Made by a program: the position numbers and the translations under genes. A DNA stretch of 64,000 bases from Trichoplax adhaerens (taxonomy: Eukaryota; Animalia; Placozoa), in the NCBI RefSeq assembly GCF_000150275.1, contig NW_002060950.1:192679-256678 (forward strand). The letters are read 5' to 3'. Of the stretch, positions 14,506 through 26,418 are shown piece by piece. A model generated the notes under the pieces. That model ran no database searches. It saw only the letters and a list, made by a program, of their open reading frames with translations, and was not told where the DNA came from. Every line of letters begins with the position of its first letter. Position 1 is the stretch's first letter.

Positions 14506-17256
14506 TTACTTTAAGAAAGGTCTTATACAACAGTTGAATACTGTCGCATTTGTATGCCAATTCTTATGCTTAACACCACCAATAGTAAATAAATGTAGAT
14601 CGTTCCTTTTATCGATAGATCTTAGTCCAATAAAATCCTTGATGTAAATCTATTGAAAAAAATAACATGCTATAAGCAATGATGACAAGTTTACGAGTAT
14701 AGGTGTATCTGTGTCAAATTAGATATAAATTCAGATTTAAGATCAAATTAGGGTAGAATAGATGGCATCTTGCCTCTTGATTTTTGTAGTTTACGATTTT
14801 CAAATGTTTGTCATAAAATCCAAATTGGCTATACCCAAATATAAAGTAAAATACAGAAAATAGTTTAAATATGATAATATTGTTATACGATGATACTTTG
14901 TTAATACTTTGACGAACCTGGATTGCCAAGGTGTAATAACACCATCATCCGGTCCTCCTATCAATATTACTTTTTTTACTTTGAGGAAATTGGATTTGAA
15001 TACTGTTAAAGAAAAGTTGTTAGACATCTTATTATATACTATCCAACTAGCAAAATGATATAATTAATAGGTAAGGGTTTAATTTACATAATCGACATAC
15101 AGAATGAGATTATTTATCGATAGTATCAACGTACGGTACAGCTAGAATAAAGTATGACGTTACTAAGAATAGATCAAAATGTTTTAAAAAATCCCTTTTC
15201 AGTAGTTTTAAGAGTGCAATTTTCGTGAATATATAGATCAACTCAGACTTTAATTAGGAACGAATCATTATTTTGTTGACTTCTATTAGTAGATTTATAA
15301 ATTGTAATTGTTAGGAAATTTTTTTATAAGTATTCATTCTAAAAAATTTTTACTATATTATATAGATAATAATTCTAACAATAAAAATTACAAACCCTGG
15401 CTACTGCTATGGCATGTTTGATTGTTCAAAGCTGTTAGGTAAGTTACGTATTTCAAATAAAGCTTCTGGTGATGTGGATCTATAGATCATGTTGAAGTTG
15501 TAAGACTCAGCAAGAGTATTTCATTTAAGAATGAATACACGATCGAAAGAGAAGAAATTGTCTACTATTTTATAGCACAGTCACTAATTAAGTTTTACCA
15601 TTCCAAAAATTAGCGATGGAAATTAGTTTTTGTCCGTATATACTGTAAAAGATTCTGTAAATCATAACAAATATGTATATCAATTGATAGGTGAAAATTC
15701 AGTCAATATTACTATGTATTAAAGCTCTATAGACGTCAACGTATCTATCTGTGGTACTGTATGATAATCTATCGTCTTCTAAAATAAAATTTATTATTCG
15801 CGTACACGTATGTTAATCTCAGTCGCATTATCATACAGCATGAAAATTCGAATCTCTCATCGTTAATGAGACATGAATAAAACGATTGAAAGCTCATCAC
15901 AATCATGAATGCATGTAGTTGCAATCGGCCGATCTGCAATCCTTACTCGAAAATATCGTCTCGAACATAATGCCGTAGATTCTGGGGCAGAAATCTGTTT
16001 ACGTATGATGTATCTAATGAAAAATGGTTGACATGATTAGTATTAAATTAATACAAATCAATATACTGTATTCACTTTATAGTTACTATTTCTTCTATAC
16101 AGTAAATAAGAAGATTAATCATTAGCTGAATACAAACAGAAGCATTTCGGAAATTAGTCTAACTTTGTAACATATTTTTGAAAAATAAAGCGTCGATATA
16201 TTCCTATCCACCTATTTATCAGTTTTACTACTAAACATGTAAAATATAAGGATAGCATACGTAAATCAAAGATAACAATTATTAATATACTATCGCTGTG
16301 GACGATTTTTTAGTATCAGAGGTTGAGAGATTAACAACCCATGTCACTATTATTTTAAAATTCTTACCACCAAATTGGCCCATCAAAGGCCCCGACAGAC
16401 TAATGAAATTTCTAACGGTGTGGTTGGACGCTGTTTGTAGTATACCACGGCATATTATACCGCCTATCAATGTTATTCAATAAAGATATCATTAATTACC
16501 ATATTGTTACATGTATTTCAAAATGATTATTTTTATTTAATGGACATTTCAAATGGAGCTTTTGGATTCAATAAATCAATTCGCGCTATGAATGGGTAAT
16601 TTATGTCAACAACATGTAGCATAGAACAAGAGAAGAAATCCTTAAATCCTTAAAGCAGTCGATCAACAATAACACTGTAACCCTTTAACAAAGTAAGACT
16701 ATAGATTTGTAGCCACAATTCTGAACCTCTACAACCCCTAGAGGTCCATGACATAACGTAAGTCATGACATATTACTTGATGGAGTTCATTAAGACAGCC
16801 CCCCCCCCCAAAAAAAAATCGATGCTTTCAGCGCTTGATAGCAGAAAGTATTACTATAATACCACGCTTAACCGTTTATTATATGGATATATTCACTATC
16901 GATGAAATACCTTGAGAAAAACATAGTAGATTAATACCATTCTTCGTTGTATTAGCAAAAATTGGTTTTAGATATTCATTAAATGATTCAACTTGTTTCC
17001 ATAGAGGAGTCCATACACTAAAATATCCAGGAAATAAATCCGGTATATAGATCTGTATCTTCGGAAAAGCTTTGGTGATCATGTGTTTCAGGCTGGACAA
17101 GCTAGAGGAATATTCGAATAAACCATGGATGATGACTAATGGTCTAGTACCTTCGATATGGGCAACAACATCATCTCTTGGATAGGATGATGCTATTGAC
17201 GCCATAGATAAAACTGTCAAGATAACGATAATGAACTTGAAATAGCAGAGACCCAT
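14506..17256 (-). CDS. PPT2: lysosomal palmitoyl-protein thioesterase 2, 8 coding exons
   Basis: Signal peptide; PLVIIHGLF; nucleophile motif CFSQGGIICRG; [14 protein letters not shown]; [15 protein letters not shown]; [22 protein letters not shown]; C-terminal GVKHKNWH. Stop TAA at 14508-14506; last intron is GC-AG. Confidence 0.93.
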
Positions 17257-17409
17257 GTCTAATTGAAAATCAATTTATGCAAGAAGTGGCAATTTCAATT
17301 TATTTGCCCGTAATCCACTGTATCAGTAATTGGGTATCAATTGTAAAGATAAAATCAATCAACGCTAACTTCAAAGGCAAGAAATGAATTGGTAAGACTG
17401 TACAGGAAG

Positions 17410-17600
17410 CGATACTTTAAAAGGTTATCATATCATCAAAGATTGTCTTTCCATTCGATACTTTAAAAGGTTATCATATCACCAAAGATTGTCTTTCCAT
17501 TCGATAGTTTAAAAGGTTATCATATCACCAAAGATTCTCTTTCCATTCGATACTTTAAAAGGCTATCATATCACCAAAGATTCTCTTTCCTTTCGATACT
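17410..17600. repeat. 46-bp tandem repeat, ~4.2 copies
   Basis: Unit cgatactttaaaaggttatcatatcaYcaaagattStctttccatt at 17410, 17456, 17502, 17548, plus a partial copy at 17594. Confidence 0.97.
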
Positions 17601-17674
17601 TGAAAGAACCAACTTGAAAGAGGACGAGTAATGACTGTAGGAAAAATGCGTTGTTTTAATTTAGTTAATAAACA

Positions 17675-17890
17675 CAGTACAGTACAGTACAAAATAGTTT
17701 GGCGTCATTACTGGTTGAGCGATTTTACTGCATCCACAGTGTACAGTACACTGCCCTGTACAGTACTGACGAGTTTGTACTGTACTGTACAGTACTAACT
17801 CGTCACGCCCGAGAATCTACAGTACTGTACAGTACAGTATAATTTGCAGTTGGCATAACTGTACTGTACTGTACTGTACACTGTACAGTA
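17675..17890. promoter_or_regulatory. TACTG/CAGTA array in the PPT2-RNF103 divergent promoter
   Basis: cagtacagtacagtac, gtactgtactgtacagtac, cagtactgtacagtacagta and actgtactgtactgtactgtacactgtacagta lie between the head-to-head ATGs at 17256(-) and 18369(+). Confidence 0.65.
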
Positions 17891-18368
17891 TCACAATTCG
17901 TGGTAATCGGTACAGGACTAGGTGCACAGACAGACAGACTTTGTCAATGATTTGTATCGCAAAGTCGAGTCAAATGTCACTCCAAACTCCAAGTGTAGCT
18001 AGAGATCAAATGCGCGATCCTCTCCCACTCTGTTCCAGACGTCCAGACCATGAACGTCTGTAGACTAGACGTTGGAAGTCGATGTGGTGGTGCTACAGTA
18101 GATGAAAACATGCTTCAGACTTCGAGCTAAGCATTACAGTACAGCATAGTCAGAAATGGAAACACCGACGAGCGGACTCACGCATGAGCAGCGGATGAAC
18201 CAGACATAGACGATCTCTTGTGGACTTAATTGTGTCAGGTGACGACATTTTTTGCGCTTTTGTTTACTGTTTATAACCCTAAAGCCGTGCTTTCAACGAC
18301 TTAACTATATACCCAATGAATTGACTAGCATAACCTAAAGTCTATCCAACTGTAATCGGTTATCCAAA

Positions 18369-20309
18369 ATGACTGCTGGTTGGTTTCTTACAGCTATTAA
18401 AATAATATTGCTCATCGTCTATTTAATCTGTGTACTACTTAGTTGTAAATATTGGAATGTCCAACTCTGGAAAGTTGGGGATAAAGCGGCACGCCTACTA
18501 TTGGATCCTGCTACCTTCAACTTGAAAGAGTTAATAGAAATAATAGACTATCGTGGTGTCTCTGATCTCAATCTACATGATAGAACAAATTTATCCTATA
18601 TGGTTAATGCTTCTGGATTAATGAGTGAGGAAGAAAAATGGCAATCGGCAATAATAATGGCGCAGAGTAAAAAGAGAGAAGCGATCAATTTTACTGCCGA
18701 AAACTACCTTAGAGCAGAAATAGAGGATAATACCCCTGGTATATGGCTGCTTCGAATTGATACTCGTAATAGTTCAAAGGAAGATATTTTGGTAGACAAT
18801 TTATGGGATGATGTTGTTCCCAAGTTATACACTCTGGGAGTTCAGTCTGGAACAATTCGCTGCCGAACTTGTCCTACTATATGTAGAAAGAATAATTGGA
18901 CAAAAAGTGATATATTATTACTTCGCACAACGGCTTCCGATAGCGATTGGTCGAAGGGAATACTTTACTATCCAGGCCGTTTAGCTAATGCTAATAGCTC
19001 TTCAATTCTAATATGGATGCGTCATCACTTGAATAGTCACATCAATCATTTCTCGACGCGAAATTTCCCACAACTTCGTGAAACGATTAAGAAACAGTCC
19101 GGTATTCATGTTATTCTCTTTTCTACACTAACAGTCGCCCCGACGTTTATTTCTAGCTTAGCAATCAAATTTAGCGGCAGAATTAATTTTAGTATGGTGA
19201 CTATCAAAACAATTAATGATACCATCCAAAATTTATTTGCTAACGAATTCAATGTTGAAAAGCTACCAACCTATCGCATTTTTACACCTGAAAAGAACTT
19301 TACGTATGGTAACAGACATGGTGAATATTATGGCTATCATTGTATGCACGAGTTCTTAACTAGTCTGTATCCGGCTACAAATGACATATTTGTTGCTATC
19401 GTAATTGGTATTAATTTGATGTGCCTTCTCAAATTGTTATTAATCGATGGAACCTTTTTGGCTTGTTTATTAAAATTTATTATTTTATTTTGTCAATATA
19501 ATTTTGCTGTAGTACTACTATGGTTCCCTATGTATAATTTTTTTACATCACCATTGATGCACATAGTCTATGACTTGACTATGATGGTAATGCGTTGCCT
19601 TATGGGTACTGATTTCGTTGCCGCAATTAGACGTAGCACTCATTTAACTCATCCTGGCTGCTTATTCATGCTCTTGACAGAGTCTATTATTTTTGCATCT
19701 GTGATATACTACTGGATCGAATGTCAAGAAGGACAGATCTCTGGCACAGAATCCATGGCATCATGTAATTACCTGTCGTTGTCTAGTTATCAGAGCTCTT
19801 TGTATTCAATTCTGACCTATCGCAGTGCCTGTGAGCGCTATAGTAGGGAAGATATTGAAGAGGGAATAGACATATTAATTGAGCACTTTGCGATTCCAAA
19901 ATTATACGTTCAGCCATTGGTTCCCATGGATTACATTCAATCTCTTCCAACGTTTACGTATGGTGATAAAATCCGATTCAATCATCCAACATGGAAAGAA
20001 AAATTGAATTGGAAATCGGACAACACTGAAATAGCTCAACTTGAAGAAAATATAACTAGTGAACAAGATTACAATTGTGATGACAATCAATGTTCTATAT
20101 GCTTGACTAATTACATTAATGACGATTACTTATGTTGCTTGCCATGCAGTCACGTATTTCATCACGACTGCATAGTACAATGGCTAAGCATTGGAACAAT
20201 CAATACCTGCAGATGTCCGCTATGTCGATGGCCAGCATATAGATCCTATCTGCAACCATCTTCAGCTTGTCATGCTACCAGCATTACTTCTAATGAGGAT
20301 TCTAGCTAA
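18369..20309 (+). CDS. RNF103: E3 ubiquitin ligase RNF103 (KF-1), single coding exon, 646 aa
   Basis: N-terminal TM; LLLDPATFNLKELIEIIDYRGVS and VNASGLMSEEE; thioredoxin-like middle region; internal TMs; PMDYIQSLPT; C-terminal RING-H2 CSICL...CSHVFHHDCIVQWL...CPLCRWPAY. Confidence 0.93.
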   Translation: MTAGWFLTAIKIILLIVYLICVLLSCKYWNVQLWKVGDKAARLLLDPATFNLKELIEIIDYRGVSDLNLHDRTNLSYMVNASGLMSEEEKWQSAIIMAQSKKREAINFTAENYLRAEIEDNTPGIWLLRIDTRNSSKEDILVDNLWDDVVPKLYTLGVQSGTIRCRTCPTICRKNNWTKSDILLLRTTASDSDWSKGILYYPGRLANANSSSILIWMRHHLNSHINHFSTRNFPQLRETIKKQSGIHVILFSTLTVAPTFISSLAIKFSGRINFSMVTIKTINDTIQNLFANEFNVEKLPTYRIFTPEKNFTYGNRHGEYYGYHCMHEFLTSLYPATNDIFVAIVIGINLMCLLKLLLIDGTFLACLLKFIILFCQYNFAVVLLWFPMYNFFTSPLMHIVYDLTMMVMRCLMGTDFVAAIRRSTHLTHPGCLFMLLTESIIFASVIYYWIECQEGQISGTESMASCNYLSLSSYQSSLYSILTYRSACERYSREDIEEGIDILIEHFAIPKLYVQPLVPMDYIQSLPTFTYGDKIRFNHPTWKEKLNWKSDNTEIAQLEENITSEQDYNCDDNQCSICLTNYINDDYLCCLPCSHVFHHDCIVQWLSIGTINTCRCPLCRWPAYRSYLQPSSACHATSITSNEDSS

Positions 20310-21038
20310 GCATCAACTATGGTCTGGAATAGATGGTTACTTCATTGTGCACTTTCACAAGAGCATTGGGCACGTATCTGCTTAACAGCACAAAAGTGAT
20401 TTTAAGATATCTATTATTTATTGTTTGTGTTACTGTTACTCAAATAGTGATAATGATGAGGGATATTTCTAGTTGAGAACCAAGTTGTACGATTAAGAAA
20501 TATCCATCGATAAATTAATCTGCGATATACTGCATACGTTTGATATTATTTAGAAGTGCATAGTAGGCGTATTATACAATTGTATGTTATCATGCTGGCT
20601 TCAAGGCGGCTCAATACTATACTGTGATACTGTAAATACGTGCTAGGGTATTCCTGTATGTATACAACATATTATTCATTAAAACTTGTTGCTCTAATTA
20701 ATTGGCAGTGACAAATATTGTATCATGAGGTTATCGCAATACAGTTGAAGGCTCTAGTTTCGATAGAAGGTATAATATACCCATCGAATTCTTAGTACAC
20801 CTGCATAAAATGATCGTATATAATAGCGATCTTCAATTGAAATGAGAATAAACTTCTTCTATGTCTTGGCAATGAATTCGTATCATGATTTGTATCTATA
20901 CCTTGACTACATAATGTTCATCTAGCCACTGTCGTGATCAATGGTATGTATCCCTCAGACCTCCAGTCGGCTATGATCTCTGGGGACTGCTGACCATACT
21001 TATACTGTAATCTTACAGTACAGTATCATAGAACACTA

Positions 21039-21133
21039 AATGGAAGACCTGGCCTAGAACTGGAAGGGAGTGTTTGAATGGAAGACCTGGCCTAGAACTA
21101 GAAGGGAGTGATCAGTCAGTGATCACTCCCTTC
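21039..21133. repeat. 38-bp direct duplication fused to a perfect 14-bp inverted repeat
   Basis: aatggaagacctggcctagaactRgaagggagtg at 21039 and 21077; gaagggagtgatca (21101-21114) / tgatcactcccttc (21120-21133). Confidence 0.9.
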
Positions 21134-21399
21134 GGACAGACGTGCTGGGCTTTTCTTACCAAATGAGGCCGTAAATATCCAAAAGTACTGTACCTACTTA
21201 GTATGGATCTTCTGTTTTTTTTTTAAATCACTAGTCTAGTACTATTATAACATCTGCAATATTCTATAACTATTTCCAAGCATAACGGATAATAAGATTC
21301 AAGGTAATATTACTTAATTTAGAAAAAAAAATCAGTCAACTGAAAATCGACCGCCTGCATTCCAAAAAATTACTGTCGTCACTAGTGGTGACGAAGTGC

Positions 21400-21990
21400 T
21401 TACTGTACAGTGTACACTTGTACAGTACCGTGAATTTGTGGTTGGCATACAGTACTGTAGTGTATAATTTCGCGATTAAAACTATCTACAGTACAGTATT
21501 CAAAAGTACTAGTACAAACTCCCGTCGCTTTGCTGACGGTTTACGATAATGTGCTCATTTAACAGATAGTACTGTATTACCATTTGATAGACCTGTGTGG
21601 CTGTGTCAGAGGTTCAGTAACTTTATACCGTGTACTGTAGTTTTAATCGTGCGGTTACAGTACTTGAGCTTGTAAACTATACACTGTACCGTACTGTACG
21701 GTACTGGACATGCACGCTTGCGCAGTACTGTATACCGTGCAATGTAACGAGCGACAGTACTGTACTGAACCCCGTGAAAAAAACTTTTATCTCTATGGTT
21801 TGAAGTGTACTGTACAGTACAGTACAGTACAGTACAGTACAGTACGTACTGTACTCCGCTCTCTTCAACCTGCGTGACTGCAATACAGTACAGTATACTC
21901 TACTCTACTGTACTGTACACTGTACAACACAGTACTGTAGTGACTATACTGTGTTTACTTTACCCAGAACGACACTAAACTGTACTGTAC
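21400..21990. promoter_or_regulatory. extended TACTG/CAGTA array upstream of NOP56
   Basis: Several clusters, including a run of about seven GTACA units at ~21812-21845 and repeated tactgtac/gtacagta; ends ~180 nt before the ATG at 22172. Confidence 0.65.
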
Positions 21991-22171
21991 CACTACACAG
22001 ATCACTACCAATGTGCACTGTGCAGCCATGGGACGCATCACCATTGGTCACTGGTCAGTCAGCTATTTGTAAGTTCAATCAAAACGCACACGAGGTGTAT
22101 TTAGACGTCGGCGTCCTGGAGAACTAGGTTGCAAGAATATCGCACCAAGTTCACATCCTCTTTAGATCAAT

Positions 22172-24990
22172 ATGGTAAGAGCATTATTCCTCGTTCATAC
22201 TTGCTATAATTTGGATTGAATGTAAAATAACCAGTGGGTTAGATGTGGACTTAAAAAAATTGATTGATCGAATAGGTACTTTACCTGTTATTTGAGCATG
22301 CCTCGGGGTATGCAATTTTTCAAAGCCTGGCTCAAGAGGAAATCGGTGCTTTAACAGCCGAAGTTCAAGAATCGATCTTAGATCTAGGACGATTTGGAAA
22401 ACTGATCAAATTAGTAGCCTTTACACCATTTAGGTCTAGTAGCAATGCACTGGAGAATATTAACAGCGTTTCTGAAGGTAAACTATCAAATACCCTCTGC
22501 TAATTTGAATCAGTTTTCACTTTGCACACAGTAATCTTGCATATAGAAACTTTGAAGCGCAGTACCTATCATTGGTGCTACATTGCTAACCCTTATAAAA
22601 TTCCCCCTGCCCAGCCCACTATTTTATGCAATATCATAATCTACTGCTTACACGCGTTTTCGATATACAGTTGACTCATTCGTCTTTGTAGATTGCATTA
22701 ATACTTTACAACACATTCAACGACCTTACGGTCTCACTTTTTCGTCTATTTTTTCACGCCAATATACTAGTACCATTGTGTTAATATTGAGTTTCCAAGC
22801 ATGCTGTATGCGCTACACTCGTTGCAGATATAGAAAGCAGTATCGATACGTTTTCAGCAGTCCTTCATGATAATTTGCAGCTTGCATAATATGTATTGTA
22901 CAATCTGCTGCTTTACAGTGTTAAAGGATAACAAAGTAATCGATAATTAATTACGAGAGCAGGATAAAATATCTTTCAATTGAAGCAGATATACTTCATC
23001 AACTTTATATCTATGCGTTTTACTGTAACACTTTAGTTTATTGTGTGTTGCAGGTATAGCACATGATGACTTGAAAGCCTTTTTACTGGCTAATATTCCT
23101 GTCGGTAAGAAGAAGACAAAAGTTGTACTCGGAATTTCCGACTCTAAACTTGCTTCCGCCGTGCAAGAGTCTGTAAAGTTATCTTGCCAGAGCGGCGAAC
23201 TTGTCTTGGAACTTATTCGTGGCATTCGCGTCCATTTTCATAAATTTATTGAAGGATTATCGGCAGATAGCGCTGGCAAAGCTCAACTTGGCTTAGGTCA
23301 TAGCTATTCTCGTGCTAAGGTCAAGTTTAATGTTAATCGCGTCGATAACATGATTATTCAATCCATCAATCTACTTGATCAAATGGACAAAGATATCAAC
23401 ACTTTTTCGATGAGAGTCAGGTAATGATTCAATCCTTTGACAATAATCGAAATACAGCTGCAGTGTTCGTTTGTATTGCGATCCTCTTGGCACTTAGGCT
23501 ATAGCATTTGCATATCTTTGCTTATAGAATTATTAAAAATGATGCTCTAAATGTTGTACTAGGGAGTGGTATTCCTATCATTTTCCTGAACTGATCAAAA
23601 TTGTTAGCGATAACTACATCTATGTAAAACTCGTCAAGTTAATAAAAAACCGCAAAGAGTTGACTGATGCAAGTATTCCTACGATCGAAGAAATCACTAT
23701 GGATTCGGCTCAAGCCAAAGCAATCTTAGATGCTTCACGTTCTTCTATGGGTACGAGATGGAATTCATGTTGATTGTATTTTACACAAGTGATACCTATT
23801 GCGGAAATTATAGCTTCTGATATACAATACTCTAGGCATGGATATCTCTCCTGTTGATTTAATAAATATTGAAAGATTTGCCAATCGAGTCGTTGAATTG
23901 GCAGATTATCGCTCGGCTTTGTTACAATATTTGAAGCAGAAAATGGAAAATATAGCTCCAAATCTGTCATGTTTAGTTGGTGAATTGGTAAGCTTAGCGT
24001 AGTGATAACGATTTCATCTTTCTTCATTTCGTAGTTCACGATAGATTGGTTTCGTGATCTCTTATCACTGCGACTTTATTATTTTCGACGAAATTAGGTC
24101 GGTGCCAGACTGATTTCTCATGCGGGCAGTTTGTCAAATCTAGCAAAATATCCTGCATCTACCGTACAAATTTTAGGAGCAGAAAAGGCTTTATTTCGGT
24201 AGCGATATATATAATATTTAGGAATAAATGTTAAAAGCAATTCGTATGATACTTAGAATTTATACATTGGAAACAATTTAGGGCTCTAAAAACTCGAGGC
24301 AATACCCCCAAGTATGGCTTACTTTTTCATTCGTCGTTTATTGGTCGTGCAAGTAAGAAAAATAAAGGTCGTATTTCCAGATATTTAGCAAACAAATGTT
24401 CCATTGCTTCAAGAATAGATTGTTTTACGGGTATGTAAGAAATAGTTGTATATTTTCTCAACGTCAAGTCTTGTGCCACAAACATTAGAGACTTACAGCG
24501 TGTTTGCATGACTATAGAAACAACCTCGTCAGTTTTCGGAAACAAATTGCGAGAACAGGTTGAAGACAGGCTTAAATTTTATGATAGCGGGGAAGCACCA
24601 AAAAAGAACGTGGATGTAATGCGTGAAGCTCTACAGGAAGTTAGTTCCCTTCAAGAGTCTAAGGATATTCCCAAAAATACAGTTGAAACGCCCTCCAGTG
24701 AAAAAAAGAAAAAGAAAAAGAAAAGTAAAGAAAAAAACCGTAGTGACATGGAAATATCAACTTCTGCTGAACCTACAGATAGCGTAGTAGATGATGAATC
24801 GAAAAAGTCGAAGAAAAAGAAACGAAAAAGTGATCAAGGAGACGTAAAGGAAGCAGACACGGTTACGAAAAAGAAGAAGAATTATCTACAGGAGTCGTTA
24901 AAGAGAATAGCGATCCTAGCGAAAGTGCGAAGAAGAAAAAGAAAAAAAGTAAAGCCTCGTAATCAACTGTCAAATAGAGCATATAGTTAA
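22172..24990 (+). CDS. NOP56: nucleolar protein 56 (box C/D snoRNP core), 8 coding exons
   Basis: ATG-only first coding exon (22172-22174), then ~22276-22477, 23054-23420, 23563-23750, 23836-23987, 24098-24198, 24282-24430, 24518-end. Motifs [98 protein letters not shown]; lysine-rich tail. True stop may be 24960-24962 (see findings). Confidence 0.97.
22770..22920 (+). ncRNA. candidate intronic H/ACA snoRNA in NOP56 intron 2
   Basis: Possible 5' hairpin (gagt...actc), H box ATAGAA 22830-22835, 3' hairpin closed by aaagcag/ctgcttt and immediately followed by ACA at 22915-22917. Folded by eye only. Confidence 0.25.
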
Positions 24991-26348
24991 AACATTCTAT
25001 CTGCCACTGTATTATGACTCTTAGGAGCTAAATACCTCCTGGTAGCAGTGATAGTTGTTATTGCCTCCTACCACCCAGTATATAATCGGTGTCTTTCAAT
25101 GATGTACGATTTAATTGATTAGTTATCATCGATGATCTCACTTGTTAATTGCTCTTTCAAGAACATGAAGTATACATTGCTTATACCATATACTTTGTAA
25201 ATAAATTACAGTTCTTATGTATGGCTCTTGCGTTTATACAACGTACCACATTTCTAAGGTTGCTTCGATTTTCAGTTAATTAAAAAAGTCTTAGCATTGA
25301 TTATAGATAAGCAGACTATACACTTTTAACTATATTGTCGTTACGATATCCTGCAGAGATACCAATCTGTCAGTAAATGTTTGATTACATGGAATTAAAT
25401 CTACTGCATTGACAATTTTAATTGTTAAAAACCATGCATGATGATTAGATACGTATGCAGTCTGCAACACCATAAGGGACACTTTGACGGATCTCTTTTT
25501 GTTATGGTATTTAGTTTTATAGTAAACGTTACAATGTAGCAAGTGCTATCTTTATCTTTACCGATCTTGAAAATTTATGCCTTAATAAGCCTTAGGCTGG
25601 TGACAGCAAGAATTTGGAACGGAATGTGATTAATACTTAATGTCCGTAACTTAATGATCAAATAAGTCCGTTAGTATTTACTAAATTACGATCATTGCTT
25701 TTTTGGAAATCCAAATTGTGACGACATCGATTACGGTCTACCCTGTACTTACCATGATAAAATCATAACAAACGAGTGATTTGGATCCCAGAGAGAGCGA
25801 ATTTAGACTTTCACAACTTAGTACTCATTCTATCTAGTTTTCTTCGAATTTAGAACGTGCACGCTCAATGTAGTGTAGAATTATCATTATACTGATCATG
25901 ATTATGCTCAGTATATTTTTACCATGTTACTACCAGACAAGAAATGACTAGCTTTAGTTTCTCTACTAAATGTGCTATGTCTATTGAGTATAGCCTTTAA
26001 CGAAATAAAGAGATCAAAATTTCGATCTGTTATATAGAGGACACGCTTCGGGATGCGAGAAAAGCTACTTGCCATAAATTTAATTTAAAAGTACCAAATC
26101 AGCAGCGCACTCGTAATTATGTAATTATACTCGTAATCTATCAAATCACATTAATGCAGTAGGATATATATTACACTTTTAATAATGGAAACGTGCACTG
26201 TAGATGAAGTTTGTTTCGATATAAGAAAGATGTATAGATCACTGAATATTTAGTAATTCATAGGCGGCCATAGTAAAAGTTTTAAAAGTTTTCGCCTTCA
26301 AGGTACCTTATCTAGTTGTTGTACGAGTATTCTAAAATATATTAAATA

Positions 26349-26418
26349 TACAGTACAGTATTGCACAACATCTTTTACTAGTACTGCAGTAGCACAACTG
26401 CAGCTACTGTGCAGTACG
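26349..26418. promoter_or_regulatory. TACTG/CAGTA cluster upstream of SUPT7L
   Basis: tacagtacagta, agtactgcagta and tactgtgcagtac directly before a GC-richer probable 5' leader, ~500 nt before the ATG. Confidence 0.5.

Noticed and set aside
16799-16818. poly-C/poly-A tract
   Set aside because: Short intronic homopolymers; no target-site duplication or retroelement body.
17410-17600. 46-bp repeat as CRISPR array
   Set aside because: No unique spacers; a simple minisatellite.
21677-21883. Short ORFs with YCTVL/YSTV repeats (also 45500-45688, 26378-26593)
   Set aside because: Translations of the pentamer arrays, not proteins.
22947-24545. Antisense ORFs over NOP56 (similarly 52643-52879, 54185-54376, 59191-59388, 2676-2924)
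   Set aside because: Shadow frames of real exons on the opposite strand.
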